Virus record (IMG/VR): IMGVR_UViG_3300027608_000016
Span: 63,874 to 127,873 of that record
Source of the DNA: a virus
DNA length: 64,000 nucleotides
Direction: 5' to 3' (one strand)
Shown: positions 20,837 through 30,893 of the stretch, one piece after another
Layout of the letters: every line of letters starts with the position of its first letter
Position numbering within the stretch: position 1 is the stretch's first letter
The notes under the pieces: generated by a model
Database searches by the model: none
Told to the model about the DNA's origin: nothing
What the model saw: the letters and a program-made list of their open reading frames with translations, nothing else
Made by a program: the position numbers and the translations under genes

Positions 20837-21703
20837 TCAACTTAGTATTTTTAATACCGCTAAGTCTTTGGCCTTAACCTCAACATCCCAATCATATTTC
20901 TGCTGTCGTAAATAATCAGCGTCTTCATCGGTCAAATAGTCTGAATGTGAACGATCAGTAGGAGATTTCTTACCTGAACTTATATGGAATAATGGAGTGG
21001 TATCTTTCCAAGTCTCAACTGCGATATTTATAGCGTCTTCATGGCTTATAGTATTGTTACAACGATGATGATGATAATCGAATGTAATAGGAATATCAAA
21101 GTGCTTTTTAATGTTTTCCACTCTCCAACCTCCACCATCTTCATTCTCGAAAACTAATCTGCTCTTAACACCTTCAGAAAGTTTATCAATATTGGATTTT
21201 ACTATAGATGCAGTATTCTCATCTGCTTTAGTTCCATTACTGATATGTATGTTAATAGGAGCGAAATGGTTTCTAGGCAGACCGAACAAATCGAACGTTT
21301 TAGCATGAACTTCCAAATTTTTAATACCGTTTATATTGGTTTGTTCTTTGGATGATGATATAACACAGAATTGACTAGGATGAGTGCTTAATCTGCCTCC
21401 AAGTTCTAAATACTTCAATATATCATTTTTAACTGTTGCGAAATTGGTAACATCTTCGCAAAATTCTTCAAAATATTTAGAATATTCTGGATGATCCCAT
21501 AAAGGGAATAAAGAGGAGGAAATACGATATAACGGTAAATTGTTGGTTGTGTTATATGACAAAATCCTACTCAACTCTTCTAAATTGCTTTTAAACAATC
21601 TGAAAAGTTTTTGTTTCGGTTCGTTTTCTTTTTTTATGGATGTAAGAGTAGTGGTTTTAAACTTACTCTCGCCTCCTAGTGATATACAGCAATAGCCTAA
21701 CAT
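20837..21703 (-). CDS. uvsE: UV-damage endonuclease (UvsE/UvdE family)
   Basis: LGYCCI, YRISSSLFP, RLSTHPSQF, INIH, RLVFENED, FDYHHH, PLFHISS, HSDY, DVEVKAKDLA. Confidence 0.92.
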   Translation of the reverse strand: MLGYCCISLGGESKFKTTTLTSIKKENEPKQKLFRLFKSNLEELSRILSYNTTNNLPLYRISSSLFPLWDHPEYSKYFEEFCEDVTNFATVKNDILKYLELGGRLSTHPSQFCVISSSKEQTNINGIKNLEVHAKTFDLFGLPRNHFAPINIHISNGTKADENTASIVKSNIDKLSEGVKSRLVFENEDGGGWRVENIKKHFDIPITFDYHHHRCNNTISHEDAINIAVETWKDTTPLFHISSGKKSPTDRSHSDYLTDEDADYLRQQKYDWDVEVKAKDLAVLKILS

Positions 21704-21739
21704 TCTTACACTATACCATGTAACAAATAAACGTCAATA

Positions 21740-22912
21740 TTAATGTTGCCCCAACAATGTAAATCTAACATCCTTCCTCTGTGCAGGACGATCACTATCT
21801 CCTGCTGGTAATACTATAACATTATATTGATAGGGATTTCCAATTTGTGATGGTAATTCGTCCGTGTATAATATCGTATCTAAACTCAATTGACTTTTTT
21901 GATGTTCTGTCAGTTTGGGGGTTTCTTTCAGGTAATCGAATACTGCTCTCCTAATTTTTTCTTTGCTTTCAGAATCTTTGAAAATTGTTTTACCTGTTTC
22001 TACATCCTTTTCAAATCTTCCATTTCTTAAAGTTTTTAGGAACTGGCTAAAAACTCTTGTTGGTATTATGAAACTCATTTTTACGTCTTTTTCGTTTTGT
22101 AATTTGCTTCGGTCAGATTCTTTTGCACCATCACTGAAGTTCATTATCATCCCTGCACTTACACCTTTATTATACATGTCAGCAACCTTAGTGTAAGCAT
22201 AAGACTCTACTTTATATCCGTTAATCGTTAATTTTTTGGTTATGCTTATTGCAATATCCAAATATTTATTACTGAAAAAATCCCCTGCATCGTTCCATCT
22301 TATTTCCAGAGTTTTTCCCTTTCTCTTGGCATCAAATGCGAATAACTCTAATTCTGAATATGCTTTACTTTCATATAAATCAGGATGGTTCATTAATAAT
22401 TGCAACCTGTTTATAAGTTTTATGTTCTTCCCATCGTTCATGATATAAAAACCATGTCTAGCATAACAATTTGATATACACGAACCTGCTGATGGACAAG
22501 TGTTTATGACGTAAAATTCTTTATTTTCTTCATCCCATATAACTGCTCTCAATGCAGGTATTCCAGTATTTACAGTCATAATAGTTTCATCTACTGTGTG
22601 ACCAGATTTCAAACCCACATCAAATATGGTTTTAGGCATTAACATCAACTGCCTTTTAAAATTCTCCACGTTAGCATTATCAGGGATATTACCTTTGCTT
22701 ATTAAAGGGAAATTGATATTAGGTTTAGAACGTTTAGGAGATGGAGTTTCTAGTCTTTTCAGTTCATCATTAAGTTGTTTAGCTACTGCATCTGGTGTAA
22801 TACATTCTCTTTTAGCGTCTGGAAAATCCTCCTCCCATTTAACTTCATCTAACCTAGTAGGTTGTATTAAAGTATATAGCTTTTCTAACAATATAACATC
22901 CTTATTCTTCAT
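21740..22912 (-). CDS. Gp88-like Cys-cluster protein with second-type leader
   Basis: TCPSAGSCISNCYA...IRWNDAGDF...YAYTK; MKNKDVILLEKLY leader; TAAATA 7 nt upstream. Confidence 0.7.
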   Translation of the reverse strand: MKNKDVILLEKLYTLIQPTRLDEVKWEEDFPDAKRECITPDAVAKQLNDELKRLETPSPKRSKPNINFPLISKGNIPDNANVENFKRQLMLMPKTIFDVGLKSGHTVDETIMTVNTGIPALRAVIWDEENKEFYVINTCPSAGSCISNCYARHGFYIMNDGKNIKLINRLQLLMNHPDLYESKAYSELELFAFDAKRKGKTLEIRWNDAGDFFSNKYLDIAISITKKLTINGYKVESYAYTKVADMYNKGVSAGMIMNFSDGAKESDRSKLQNEKDVKMSFIIPTRVFSQFLKTLRNGRFEKDVETGKTIFKDSESKEKIRRAVFDYLKETPKLTEHQKSQLSLDTILYTDELPSQIGNPYQYNVIVLPAGDSDRPAQRKDVRFTLLGQH

Positions 22913-23299
22913 TGTTATATATTTAACCTGAAAGTGTTCTATTTTAAGTAATTGGGGTTTATACTGATGTGACCATCTTTTCCTTCTTCATCTATAGTCC
23001 ACTTGAAAATCCAATATTCTTCTTCGTCCAATGGCCCAATATATAAACAGTTTGTTTGTTATATTCATTCATAAATTGTTAACCTACTCCATTCGCCCCA
23101 AGAAGTAAAAATATTATAGCCAGTAAAAAACATATTAGAATAAAAGTCCATCCAACCAATAAAAGTTGAACTATTTTCAATATTAGAAATGACACACCTA
23201 ATATAAAAAACAAAAGCATTAAAAGCATTGAAAAGAATCCTGATAAATCGAACATGTCTTATATTATCACGTTAAGATACAAAGTCAAATAAATATAAC

Positions 23300-23710
23300 A
23301 TGAGGGAACATATAAATTTTACAGAAGCACCATACTGTGCTGTAGGAGAATATAAAAAAGGAGGTCAAGCTTTATTCGCATTAAAATCTTTCGATATAGG
23401 GGAAGAAGTAGCTAATTATTCATCTACCATACCAAAATGTATAAGGGTTAAATTTGAAGACATTCCACCAGAACATTTAGATATGTGTTGGTGGGTTGGG
23501 TTATCAGAAGATATAGCTTGTTTGTTTCCTAGAGACAGTGTGTTTATGAGAGCTAATCACAGTAGTAACCCAAATACTAAATGGTTTCCTCTAGAATATA
23601 AATTGGTTGCTTCTCAGATAATAAATGTTGGAGATGAAATAACATATGATTATAGATTGGAGATTGCGCCACCATCAGTAAAAAACCATCCTCCTATTTG
23701 GGCAATTTAA
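23300..23710 (+). CDS. SET-domain protein (putative lysine methyltransferase)
   Basis: GQALFA...IGEEV, RANHSSNPN, GDEITYDY: SET signature motifs. Confidence 0.85.
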   Translation: MREHINFTEAPYCAVGEYKKGGQALFALKSFDIGEEVANYSSTIPKCIRVKFEDIPPEHLDMCWWVGLSEDIACLFPRDSVFMRANHSSNPNTKWFPLEYKLVASQIINVGDEITYDYRLEIAPPSVKNHPPIWAI

Positions 23711-23727
23711 CGTTAAATATGGAATAT

Positions 23728-24642
23728 ATGAAATTTGATGACTTGGTTGTAAGTATAATGGAATCGGTGAAAAAAGAAGCCTTACCGACCATAAAAGTAT
23801 TACACGATTACGTTAAAGATAAACGTGTGTATAATATCCCCATAAAAAAGGTTATACACGAATTAAAACCTACAAAATGGGAAAAAGGAGAAGAACGTCC
23901 CGGAACAAAAGAATTTATAAAACGTGCAAATAAAGCAGATTTGAAATATCCAATAATAGTGTTCAGGGGGAAAACAGGAAAACTTTTTATTATGGATGGA
24001 GTTCACAGAATCTGGAAAGCTAATAAAGAAAAAAAGAAAACGATTAAAGCTCATATTTTAACTTTAAAACAAGCACGTAAGTTTAAATGGAGAGATCATA
24101 ACGGAATAACCGTTTCATTTTTGAACGAAGCTATTAACAAATTATGTAAAGGATATGTTTTCCCAAATGGAGAAATATTCAACGATATTAATCATGCAGA
24201 TGCTTGGGATAATATTCCATCAAATATAGATCATAAAAAATCTATGAAATATATCAATAATAACGGGGAGGTTGTTTTACAAGGAAAATTGAACAAATCA
24301 ATCGCTAAAACTTTTGAGGATTATGGAATAGATGTGAATAATATTAGATATGGAGCGATTGATGATGAAATGTTGGAAATTAATAAAAAATCAATTTTAG
24401 ATAAAATTTCAAAATTGGGGTGGGTTAATATTGGTGGGGGTTATAAAACTATTACAAAAATATATAATGACGAAGTATATTATACATACATAAAAACACC
24501 AAGCGGAGAATTTTATGAAGGTTTGTTTGGAGGAGTTACACCTGAATATGTTAAAATAATTGGTGGGCCAGAGAAAATAATTAAGACAGTTTTCTATAAA
24601 AAAGTTATCCCTATGGAGATATACAATTCATCATTAATATAA
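23728..24642 (+). CDS. ParB/Srx-like domain protein with MKFDDL leader
   Basis: MKFDDLVVSIME; ADLKYPIIV...IMDGVHRIWKA; TAAATA 8 nt upstream. Confidence 0.75.
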   Translation: MKFDDLVVSIMESVKKEALPTIKVLHDYVKDKRVYNIPIKKVIHELKPTKWEKGEERPGTKEFIKRANKADLKYPIIVFRGKTGKLFIMDGVHRIWKANKEKKKTIKAHILTLKQARKFKWRDHNGITVSFLNEAINKLCKGYVFPNGEIFNDINHADAWDNIPSNIDHKKSMKYINNNGEVVLQGKLNKSIAKTFEDYGIDVNNIRYGAIDDEMLEINKKSILDKISKLGWVNIGGGYKTITKIYNDEVYYTYIKTPSGEFYEGLFGGVTPEYVKIIGGPEKIIKTVFYKKVIPMEIYNSSLI

Positions 24643-24749
24643 GACGAAAATCTATTTGCAAATCTTTGGCCTTTCGATCCTCGAATATCGTCTTGCATTG
24701 CTCTGATTATTTCCATTGGGACAGAATGTATTTTTTACGTTTTCGTTAT

Positions 24750-24944
24750 TCATATGATTTGTGTTTTGCTAATATAGCCTACTCTGAGCACTTCAATCGT
24801 GACTGTATTATCGTGCGTGTCAACCTCCCACTCGTCCACCACTTTGTGCAGGGCTTGCTTTACCGCAGTTTGAGCGTCCGCAGCTTCTTCTTGCTTTCGG
24901 GTCGTGAAGTTCCCGTCGAGTTGTATTACCACTTCGTAGTTCAT
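24750..24944 (-). CDS. Small hypothetical protein
   Basis: ORF with TTGACA promoter upstream. Confidence 0.55.
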   Translation of the reverse strand: MNYEVVIQLDGNFTTRKQEEAADAQTAVKQALHKVVDEWEVDTHDNTVTIEVLRVGYISKTQII

Positions 24945-24986
24945 ATGTTTAAAAGATCATATCACCACCTTTCAAAATGTCAAAAA

Positions 24987-25388
24987 TTAACTTTTAAATG
25001 AACGAATAAAACTTTTAATTTTATACATGATTTTCATTTTTAAATGTCCTATAAGAGATATTTTCAGGTTGTCTTCTCCACTTACGAAATGCCTAAGCAT
25101 ATATTTACCATCCCTTTCAAATATTTGTAAAACTAGTATCCCCCTTTCAGATTTTAAATATTTTTCAAGTTCTTTTTTAGAGGTGAAAACTGTTTTACGT
25201 GCTTCATATACTTTAGATTTATATAAAATTATAGGGGTTTTGTATGGTAATATATAAGCTTTTTTCGAATATTGTTCTGTCACATCTTCATGTTTGGTTT
25301 CTGGTATTTCATCATTACTCGAAATGATTTTATTTAGTAAACCGCTATCAATATCAGTGTTGTTAAAATCTGTTGTGTATTTTTCCAT
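24987..25388 (-). CDS. Hypothetical protein
   Basis: Start chosen at MEKYTT, 5 nt after TAAATA. Confidence 0.55.
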   Translation of the reverse strand: MEKYTTDFNNTDIDSGLLNKIISSNDEIPETKHEDVTEQYSKKAYILPYKTPIILYKSKVYEARKTVFTSKKELEKYLKSERGILVLQIFERDGKYMLRHFVSGEDNLKISLIGHLKMKIMYKIKSFIRSFKS

Positions 25389-25407
25389 GTGAGTATTTAA
25401 ACAGTTT

Positions 25408-25821
25408 TTATTTATTGTCAACACTCCAATACTCCGCTATCTCTTTTAACGTTTCATTAGCTTCTGCATAAGATACCACAGCCGTTTCATAATTCGTTAA
25501 ATTAATCGAAAGAGCATTATAATTCACTATCTTTATAAGTGTTTCTATAGTAAGAATTAAAGCCTTTGCACTTTTACCACTCATCTTACTAACCAAAGAT
25601 ATATAAGACGCATCCACACCTTTATAAGCCCATGCAATACGTTCATAAGCCACTTTAGGATCAGGATTCACAGAAGGATATTGAATTATCTCAGCAAGTA
25701 TCTCATCCTCTTCATATGAATATCTCCATTCTCCTTGAGTTCTGTCTTTATCAGCAAGGACGACATATTGAAGTGCCTTTATAATGTCTTGTAGTTTATT
25801 TAATAGTTTTTCGTTTATCAT
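25408..25821 (-). CDS. Hypothetical protein
   Basis: ORF. Confidence 0.6.
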   Translation of the reverse strand: MINEKLLNKLQDIIKALQYVVLADKDRTQGEWRYSYEEDEILAEIIQYPSVNPDPKVAYERIAWAYKGVDASYISLVSKMSGKSAKALILTIETLIKIVNYNALSINLTNYETAVVSYAEANETLKEIAEYWSVDNK

Positions 25822-26126
25822 TTAGCTGCTATTATTATCCCTGTTATCGCCAAAATTCCCCCTATTAATTGTGTCCATGTTGGAGTAGTGCCTAGAAAAT
25901 ATAAAGCTATCATCCAACTTAAACTGTAAACAACATCATACACCAAAGCTGCAACCCAAGGAACCATAGGCATCTTGGTAATATTTGCCCACAAAGATAC
26001 AGAAATCATTCCAGCTAAAAATGGCCAAATAGCACTGTATCCCTGTGACGATTTAATTTGAGCCATTGCACCTAATACTCCTGTCATAGCCACTAAAAAG
26101 AATATAAATATAGTAGAAAAGTTCAC
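25818..26126 (-). CDS. Small four-helix membrane protein (SMR/DMT-like size and topology)
   Basis: 102 aa with four hydrophobic segments, ending QLIGGILAITGIIIA. Confidence 0.6.
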   Translation of the reverse strand: MNFSTIFIFFLVAMTGVLGAMAQIKSSQGYSAIWPFLAGMISVSLWANITKMPMVPWVAALVYDVVYSLSWMIALYFLGTTPTWTQLIGGILAITGIIIAAK

Positions 26127-26190
26127 ATCCTATATTACCATTAATTCTTGCAATGTCAATTTTAAACAGTCTATTATATTAAATAGTAAC

Positions 26191-26688
26191 ATGGGAATAA
26201 AACAAGACCTTGCTTACGCTATTGCAGAATTAAGAAGTGAAAGAGAAGCACGAATACTTCTTTTCAACACCATCAGAAATCATTTAGGTCTTGGAGACGA
26301 GGAACATACCCACTCTCAATTAGTAGCAGAAGTCAACTCGCGTATAGCAAATTATGAAAATAGATTGGCAGAATTCAAAGAGTTAGATGCTATAAAAAGT
26401 TTAAAGTTTGATGCGTTATTCAATTCTAATTCCGCTTTAACTTTAGAAATAGATAAACACTTGGACACTATTAAATCCTTGAGAGAAGAACACAAAGAAG
26501 AGTTATATAAGTCAAGAGAGGAACATAAACAAGAGCTATACAATTTAAGAGAGGAACATAAACAAGAGTTGGAGAAAATGAAGAATGGTTATGTGGCTGA
26601 ATTAGAAGAAGTTAAGAATAAACAAATTAAAACTCAAGAAGCTATTATAAAACTGTTAATGTTTCAACCCACAGAAAACATAACTTAA
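26191..26688 (+). CDS. Coiled-coil protein with 11-aa repeats
   Basis: REEHK(E/Q)EL three times; TAAATA 5 nt upstream. Confidence 0.7.
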   Translation: MGIKQDLAYAIAELRSEREARILLFNTIRNHLGLGDEEHTHSQLVAEVNSRIANYENRLAEFKELDAIKSLKFDALFNSNSALTLEIDKHLDTIKSLREEHKEELYKSREEHKQELYNLREEHKQELEKMKNGYVAELEEVKNKQIKTQEAIIKLLMFQPTENIT

Positions 26689-26908
26689 ATTTTATACCTG
26701 AATGTTGTTGGATGCCCTAATGGATTAGTAGTGAATGTGCAAGACTCTAAATCATCATCCACTTTGAAACATCCCATAACTAATGCGTGATTCCCATCTT
26801 CCCCTTTGGCTTTACCCAACATTGTAGATAATATAGATTTCTCTTCTTCTGTTTCAGGATATACTGTTATAGTAGGCTCTCCCTTGTGATTAAATATTGC
26901 TTCAGATT

Positions 26909-27148
26909 TCATAATTGTTCCCAATCGTATTGAACAGATTTCTGCTGTTCCATCATATCGTCATATACTTTATTGCTGCCATTTCCCCAATAGTCACACA
27001 ATAATCCACATTCTCTGCACTCATCCACAGACACCGTTTCATAATAAGAGGACGATCCACAATTAGGACATACAGCATCTTCCGATTGTAACTCTTTACC
27101 ATCATCTACTAAACCTTTACCGCAATTACGAGGAAATTTAATTTTCAT
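26909..27148 (-). CDS. Small zinc-ribbon protein
   Basis: CPNCG...CRECG. Confidence 0.6.
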   Translation of the reverse strand: MKIKFPRNCGKGLVDDGKELQSEDAVCPNCGSSSYYETVSVDECRECGLLCDYWGNGSNKVYDDMMEQQKSVQYDWEQL

Positions 27149-27492
27149 GGTTTCATTTCTTGTTTTTCATTGAAAGAATCTCTTAATATATACAATTCGT
27201 TTTTTAATTCCCTGTTTTCATTTTCGAGTTCGTCAACATTCTGTGCTTCCAGTGTCCATTGTGCAAAACATCTTTTCTGAGATTCTGTCATTTCATTCAA
27301 TGCCATTCTCATATCCCCTGCTGTTTGAAAATCACTCTTAATCATTTCATTCCCAACATAAGAATGAAGATGATCTAATTCAGATAAAGCTTGCCTTAAA
27401 GACTCTCTCAATTCATTCTCCGTAAGCATATCTATCATATCAGGAGTATCTTCCATTGGTTGTTCAGGTGCATTGTCGTTTTCCGTTATCAT
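27145..27492 (-). CDS. Hypothetical coiled-coil protein
   Basis: ORF; MITEN start shared with 29139..29408. Confidence 0.6.
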   Translation of the reverse strand: MITENDNAPEQPMEDTPDMIDMLTENELRESLRQALSELDHLHSYVGNEMIKSDFQTAGDMRMALNEMTESQKRCFAQWTLEAQNVDELENENRELKNELYILRDSFNEKQEMKP

Positions 27493-27498
27493 ATTATA

Positions 27499-28071
27499 TT
27501 ATTGTAAAGGCCAAGCACCACAAGAACCAGTCGTAGATGAAGTAATGGTTAAACAAGATTTGTCGTCGTTTTTCGCTTTTGCTCTGTCAAAACACTCTAC
27601 TATTTGAGTCGCAACAGCAGCAACTTGAATCAATTCTTTTCTTAAACCTTCTGCTGCCTCCCCTCCAAACTTTTCATGTAATGCTGCTTGTGCAAATTCT
27701 CCACATTCTTCAGAGAGAATAGCAGACCAAGTAATATTGTCATGATCCTGAACACCCCACTTTTTATCTTGACTCCTCCTCTCCTCTCTAATATCTTCCA
27801 ATATCTTCTCTTGCGATTCATACCTTCCAACCCTTTCTAATTGATTGAACCCTCTAAAATCAGTAATCTTATTATCCTCTAATAACTTGGAAACAACTTC
27901 TGAACAGGATGCCATCATCAATTTACCATTGTTAGTAGTAGGATCAAATTCTTTGGTATCAGGTCTTGTCTCATATCCAAAAGATGGTGCAAGTCTTTCA
28001 TATGTATCGTGAAAGAGTGTTGCAATTTCTAATGGGGTTTTACCAGCTATTAAATTGTTTTCTTTGTTCAT
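27499..28071 (-). CDS. MazG-like nucleotide pyrophosphohydrolase domain protein
   Basis: ERRSQDKKWG...ILSEECGEFAQA...ELIQVAAVA. Confidence 0.75.
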   Translation of the reverse strand: MNKENNLIAGKTPLEIATLFHDTYERLAPSFGYETRPDTKEFDPTTNNGKLMMASCSEVVSKLLEDNKITDFRGFNQLERVGRYESQEKILEDIREERRSQDKKWGVQDHDNITWSAILSEECGEFAQAALHEKFGGEAAEGLRKELIQVAAVATQIVECFDRAKAKNDDKSCLTITSSTTGSCGAWPLQ

Positions 28072-28113
28072 CGTTGCATTATATCATAAGTATGTTAAAC
28101 TTCAAATACCAAT

Positions 28114-28446
28114 ATGAAATTCGATAACCTAGCCAATTCAATATTAGAACAGATTAAACCTACTGGAATCGAAGAGCATTCTGTTCGTTTAGTTACTGAT
28201 GAAGGAGGAGACGAAACAGCAGAGGTAATGGTGCATACAAACGTTGATGATGATATTATATTAAGAGCTTATGCTTACGCTGATGAAGCTGGTAAGTTCC
28301 CCAAAGATGCTATATTAGGAAAAACTAAGAATCCTCTTTTCGTAGAAGTCGCTATCTGGTATGTCAACGATCAAATAGAATGGGTCAGAGATCAGATAAG
28401 TGATAAACGTGCAGAGAATGTTCCTTTCAAAGTAACGTATTATTAG
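28114..28446 (+). CDS. Hypothetical protein with MKFDNL leader
   Basis: MKFDNLANSILE. Confidence 0.7.
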   Translation: MKFDNLANSILEQIKPTGIEEHSVRLVTDEGGDETAEVMVHTNVDDDIILRAYAYADEAGKFPKDAILGKTKNPLFVEVAIWYVNDQIEWVRDQISDKRAENVPFKVTYY

Positions 28447-28485
28447 TTTTATCGCATAAAACTGGTTTATCGGATTTAACACATA

Positions 28486-28893
28486 TCACCTACGCGAGAG
28501 CTTATTCAATCGCCCCATAGGTTTAAGCATCTCTGCAAGGGTTTCAGCTTTCTCCATCTTCCTTTGCCACCCACTCCAAAACCATTTGGCCTCCAATGAC
28601 TTAGGAGGATATACTCTTACGCGATCTGCATATTCTTATACAGTTAATCCTTCTGCTTCCTCTATAGATAGTTGTTCACTTCTTCCATCAATGTTTAGAT
28701 ATACTGAAATGCTATATCCCTCTTCTCTAGTAACAAGAGGTATTGATTTAATCTCTGCCCATTCTCTTTTAAGTTTCTCCCAAGTAAGATTCGCACGAAC
28801 AATACAATTACTATCCCAACTACCCTCACACCTTCCTCCTCAATGATCAGCAGAGTTTGGCTTATATGCAACTAAAGAATATGACGTATTCAT
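28486..28893 (-). pseudogene. Disrupted phage gene
   Basis: TTGACA...TATTAT promoter, then ATG 28893 MNTSYSLVAYKPNSADH*GGRCEGSWDS...; a further frameshift and an in-frame TAA lie downstream. Confidence 0.55.
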
Positions 28894-29138
28894 ACAGCGA
28901 ATAATACACTATATAAACCTTTTGTCAATCCTTAAATTTAACCCCAAGAAATTCCCAATTCTTTCTCTTCAGAGGATTAAGAAGATTAGCTTTGAAAGTA
29001 GGACTTCTTTCAGCCATTAAAAGAACCTTTGTTTGAAAGTGATTGTCTTGTTCTTCTCTGAGAGATAACTCCAAATGTTTACAATATGCTTGCTTATCTT
29101 CAAGGAGTTTAATATAGTATTCAGGACTGCAAGGAGGA

Positions 29139-29408
29139 TTAAAATTCATAATTAATATCAGGGTGTAAGGTTAGCAATGTTTTCAAATCTTGCTTTAGCC
29201 GTTCCTTCTCGTTGGTGAGTTTTTCCTTCTCCACAAACCAACCATGTAGCTTATCCTCTAGCTCTTGGATTCTCTTTAACTGTGACTCGATTACCTCATT
29301 CCCAAACCCGAAAGGACGTTTTTGCTTTTTGATTTTCTCCAATTCAGCATTTACTTTGGAAAGTTCTTTGGAAAGTTCATCTGCGCTTAATGCGTTTTCA
29401 GTTATCAT
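29139..29408 (-). CDS. Hypothetical coiled-coil protein
   Basis: TTGACA-17-TATTAT-6-ATG upstream. Confidence 0.65.
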   Translation of the reverse strand: MITENALSADELSKELSKVNAELEKIKKQKRPFGFGNEVIESQLKRIQELEDKLHGWFVEKEKLTNEKERLKQDLKTLLTLHPDINYEF

Positions 29409-29439
29409 TTGAACATAATACTACAATGCATATTAAATG

Positions 29440-29796
29440 TCAATGTTTAATATTATACTTCTTGAAACGTGACAACGCTGCTATTAACTTCTTTAAGTCT
29501 GAATGATGACGATGATCACGCACAACAGGAGCAAACGCATCCAGTATCTCCTCCTCCTCCTTCGATGTAACGCCATACAGCACTTTAGTCTCTATCTCCC
29601 CTTCCACATCAGGACGCCACACATCCATCTCACTGTATCTATCTCCTGTTCCCTGAAAGAAATCCAAGTCAGATTCATCTTGTCCTAGGTAATCAGGATT
29701 ACTGCCGTAGTCCGTAGGATATGTAACACCCGTCAACGGATAGTCCAATTCAAACTCTTTTCTAGAACCTTTCAACTGGTCTATTACGATTAGTGA
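29440..29796 (-). CDS. Inorganic pyrophosphatase-like domain, in frame behind the TAG of the upstream gene
   Basis: SLIVIDQLKGS...YPTDYG...DESDLDFF...ETKVLYG resembles family I PPase motifs; no ATG after the TAG until internal positions. Confidence 0.6.
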   Translation of the reverse strand, partial: SLIVIDQLKGSRKEFELDYPLTGVTYPTDYGSNPDYLGQDESDLDFFQGTGDRYSEMDVWRPDVEGEIETKVLYGVTSKEEEEILDAFAPVVRDHRHHSDLKKLIAALSRFKKYNIKH

Positions 29797-30198
29797 CTAC
29801 ATAAAGCCACTGAGAATATATCCAAACCGTTTAGCATTGTCAACAGAATCCTTTGTGAATGAGACATATATAGGACTTATTCCTTTATCTCTCAATACTG
29901 CAAATCTATGCCTTCCATTGATAAACATAACCTTGCCAGAATCATCCACGGATACTTCTGGCGATTCTAATGTTCCTCCTGAAGATTCTAATCCTTTATA
30001 GAATTTCTCAAATTTCTCTCTACGATCTGCAATACCGCCTTTTCCAAATGCAATATAGAAACCAACATCTTTACTCCAAGCAGCGTCAAATTTTTTTATG
30101 TCGACAGGAAGCAACACATCATTATTATGTTCAGACCTTTGCGACCTCTTTGTTTGAACCGTTTCCATTATTAAATCATATAACTGCGAGAACTTCAT
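29797..30198 (-). CDS. ParB-like domain protein with MKFSQL leader
   Basis: PEVSV...FINGRHRFAVLRDKG; TAAATA 5 nt upstream of ATG 30198. Confidence 0.7.
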   Translation of the reverse strand: MKFSQLYDLIMETVQTKRSQRSEHNNDVLLPVDIKKFDAAWSKDVGFYIAFGKGGIADRREKFEKFYKGLESSGGTLESPEVSVDDSGKVMFINGRHRFAVLRDKGISPIYVSFTKDSVDNAKRFGYILSGFM

Positions 30199-30202
30199 AT
30201 AT

Positions 30203-30307
30203 CTATTTAGTCTCAAACAACTGCAGAATAACTAATTGTTTTTTATCGTCCTCATTGATTACCCCCATCATTTCTTTGATTCTATATATATTTTCCTGTA
30301 GGTTCAT
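30203..30307 (-). CDS. 34-aa truncated gene stub (MNLQENIYRIKEMMGVINE...)
   Basis: ATG overlaps the upstream TAA (TAATG); ORF ends inside the 115-bp repeat. Confidence 0.55.
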   Translation of the reverse strand: MNLQENIYRIKEMMGVINEDDKKQLVILQLFETK

Positions 30308-30879
30308 TATAAATCATTTTTTGTTAGAATCTTAATCTTAATAGGTTTGTTTGCCGCAACTGATGCATATAATCTTGTTCTACCGCCAACAACATGGTAT
30401 TTGTCGTTATGTTTCAATACAACTGGTGATTCATATTCATTATTAACAATTCTATCATAATTCTTTACAGGTTTATACCCCCTGTTTCTGTTCTCACCCG
30501 AATCTCTAATATCCATATATTCCCCATACTCTTTTCTCGAATCATCCATTTTGGAAATTTGAAGCATTTTTGATAATAAACCCTTATCGTTTGATTTATT
30601 CTCTAAATTATGGAATGTTTTTATCTGTGTGTAATCCACCTCTTCTGTTGGTAATGAATCTATAATTGGTGTTAATCTTTCCACCGATTCTTTATCATTC
30701 TTATATCCAGCTTGTTTAACCACTGATTTAATAACCTTATCGTCTTGACCAACCAACTCCCAAGCTTCTTCATCTGAGGATTCTTCAGGAAGCAACACAT
30801 CATTATTATGTTCAGACCTTTGCGACCTCTTTGTTTGAACCGTTTCCATTATTAAATCATATAACTGCGAGAACTTCAT
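30307..30879 (-). CDS. ParB-like domain protein with identical MKFSQL leader
   Basis: PVVLK...VVGGRTRLYA...PIK. Confidence 0.7.
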   Translation of the reverse strand: MKFSQLYDLIMETVQTKRSQRSEHNNDVLLPEESSDEEAWELVGQDDKVIKSVVKQAGYKNDKESVERLTPIIDSLPTEEVDYTQIKTFHNLENKSNDKGLLSKMLQISKMDDSRKEYGEYMDIRDSGENRNRGYKPVKNYDRIVNNEYESPVVLKHNDKYHVVGGRTRLYASVAANKPIKIKILTKNDL

Positions 30880-30893
30880 ATATCTATTTAGTC

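Noticed and set aside
28840-28842. In-frame TGA at a Cys-like position as selenocysteine
   Set aside because: The same gene also has a frameshift and an in-frame TAA, so decay or sequence error is the simpler explanation; no convincing SECIS hairpin was seen.
29797-29799. Genome-wide stop-codon reassignment (TAG or TGA as sense)
   Set aside because: Recognisable genes (UvsE, SNF2, ABC-GNAT, HD proteins) are full length under the standard code and coding density is high; only isolated in-frame stops were found.
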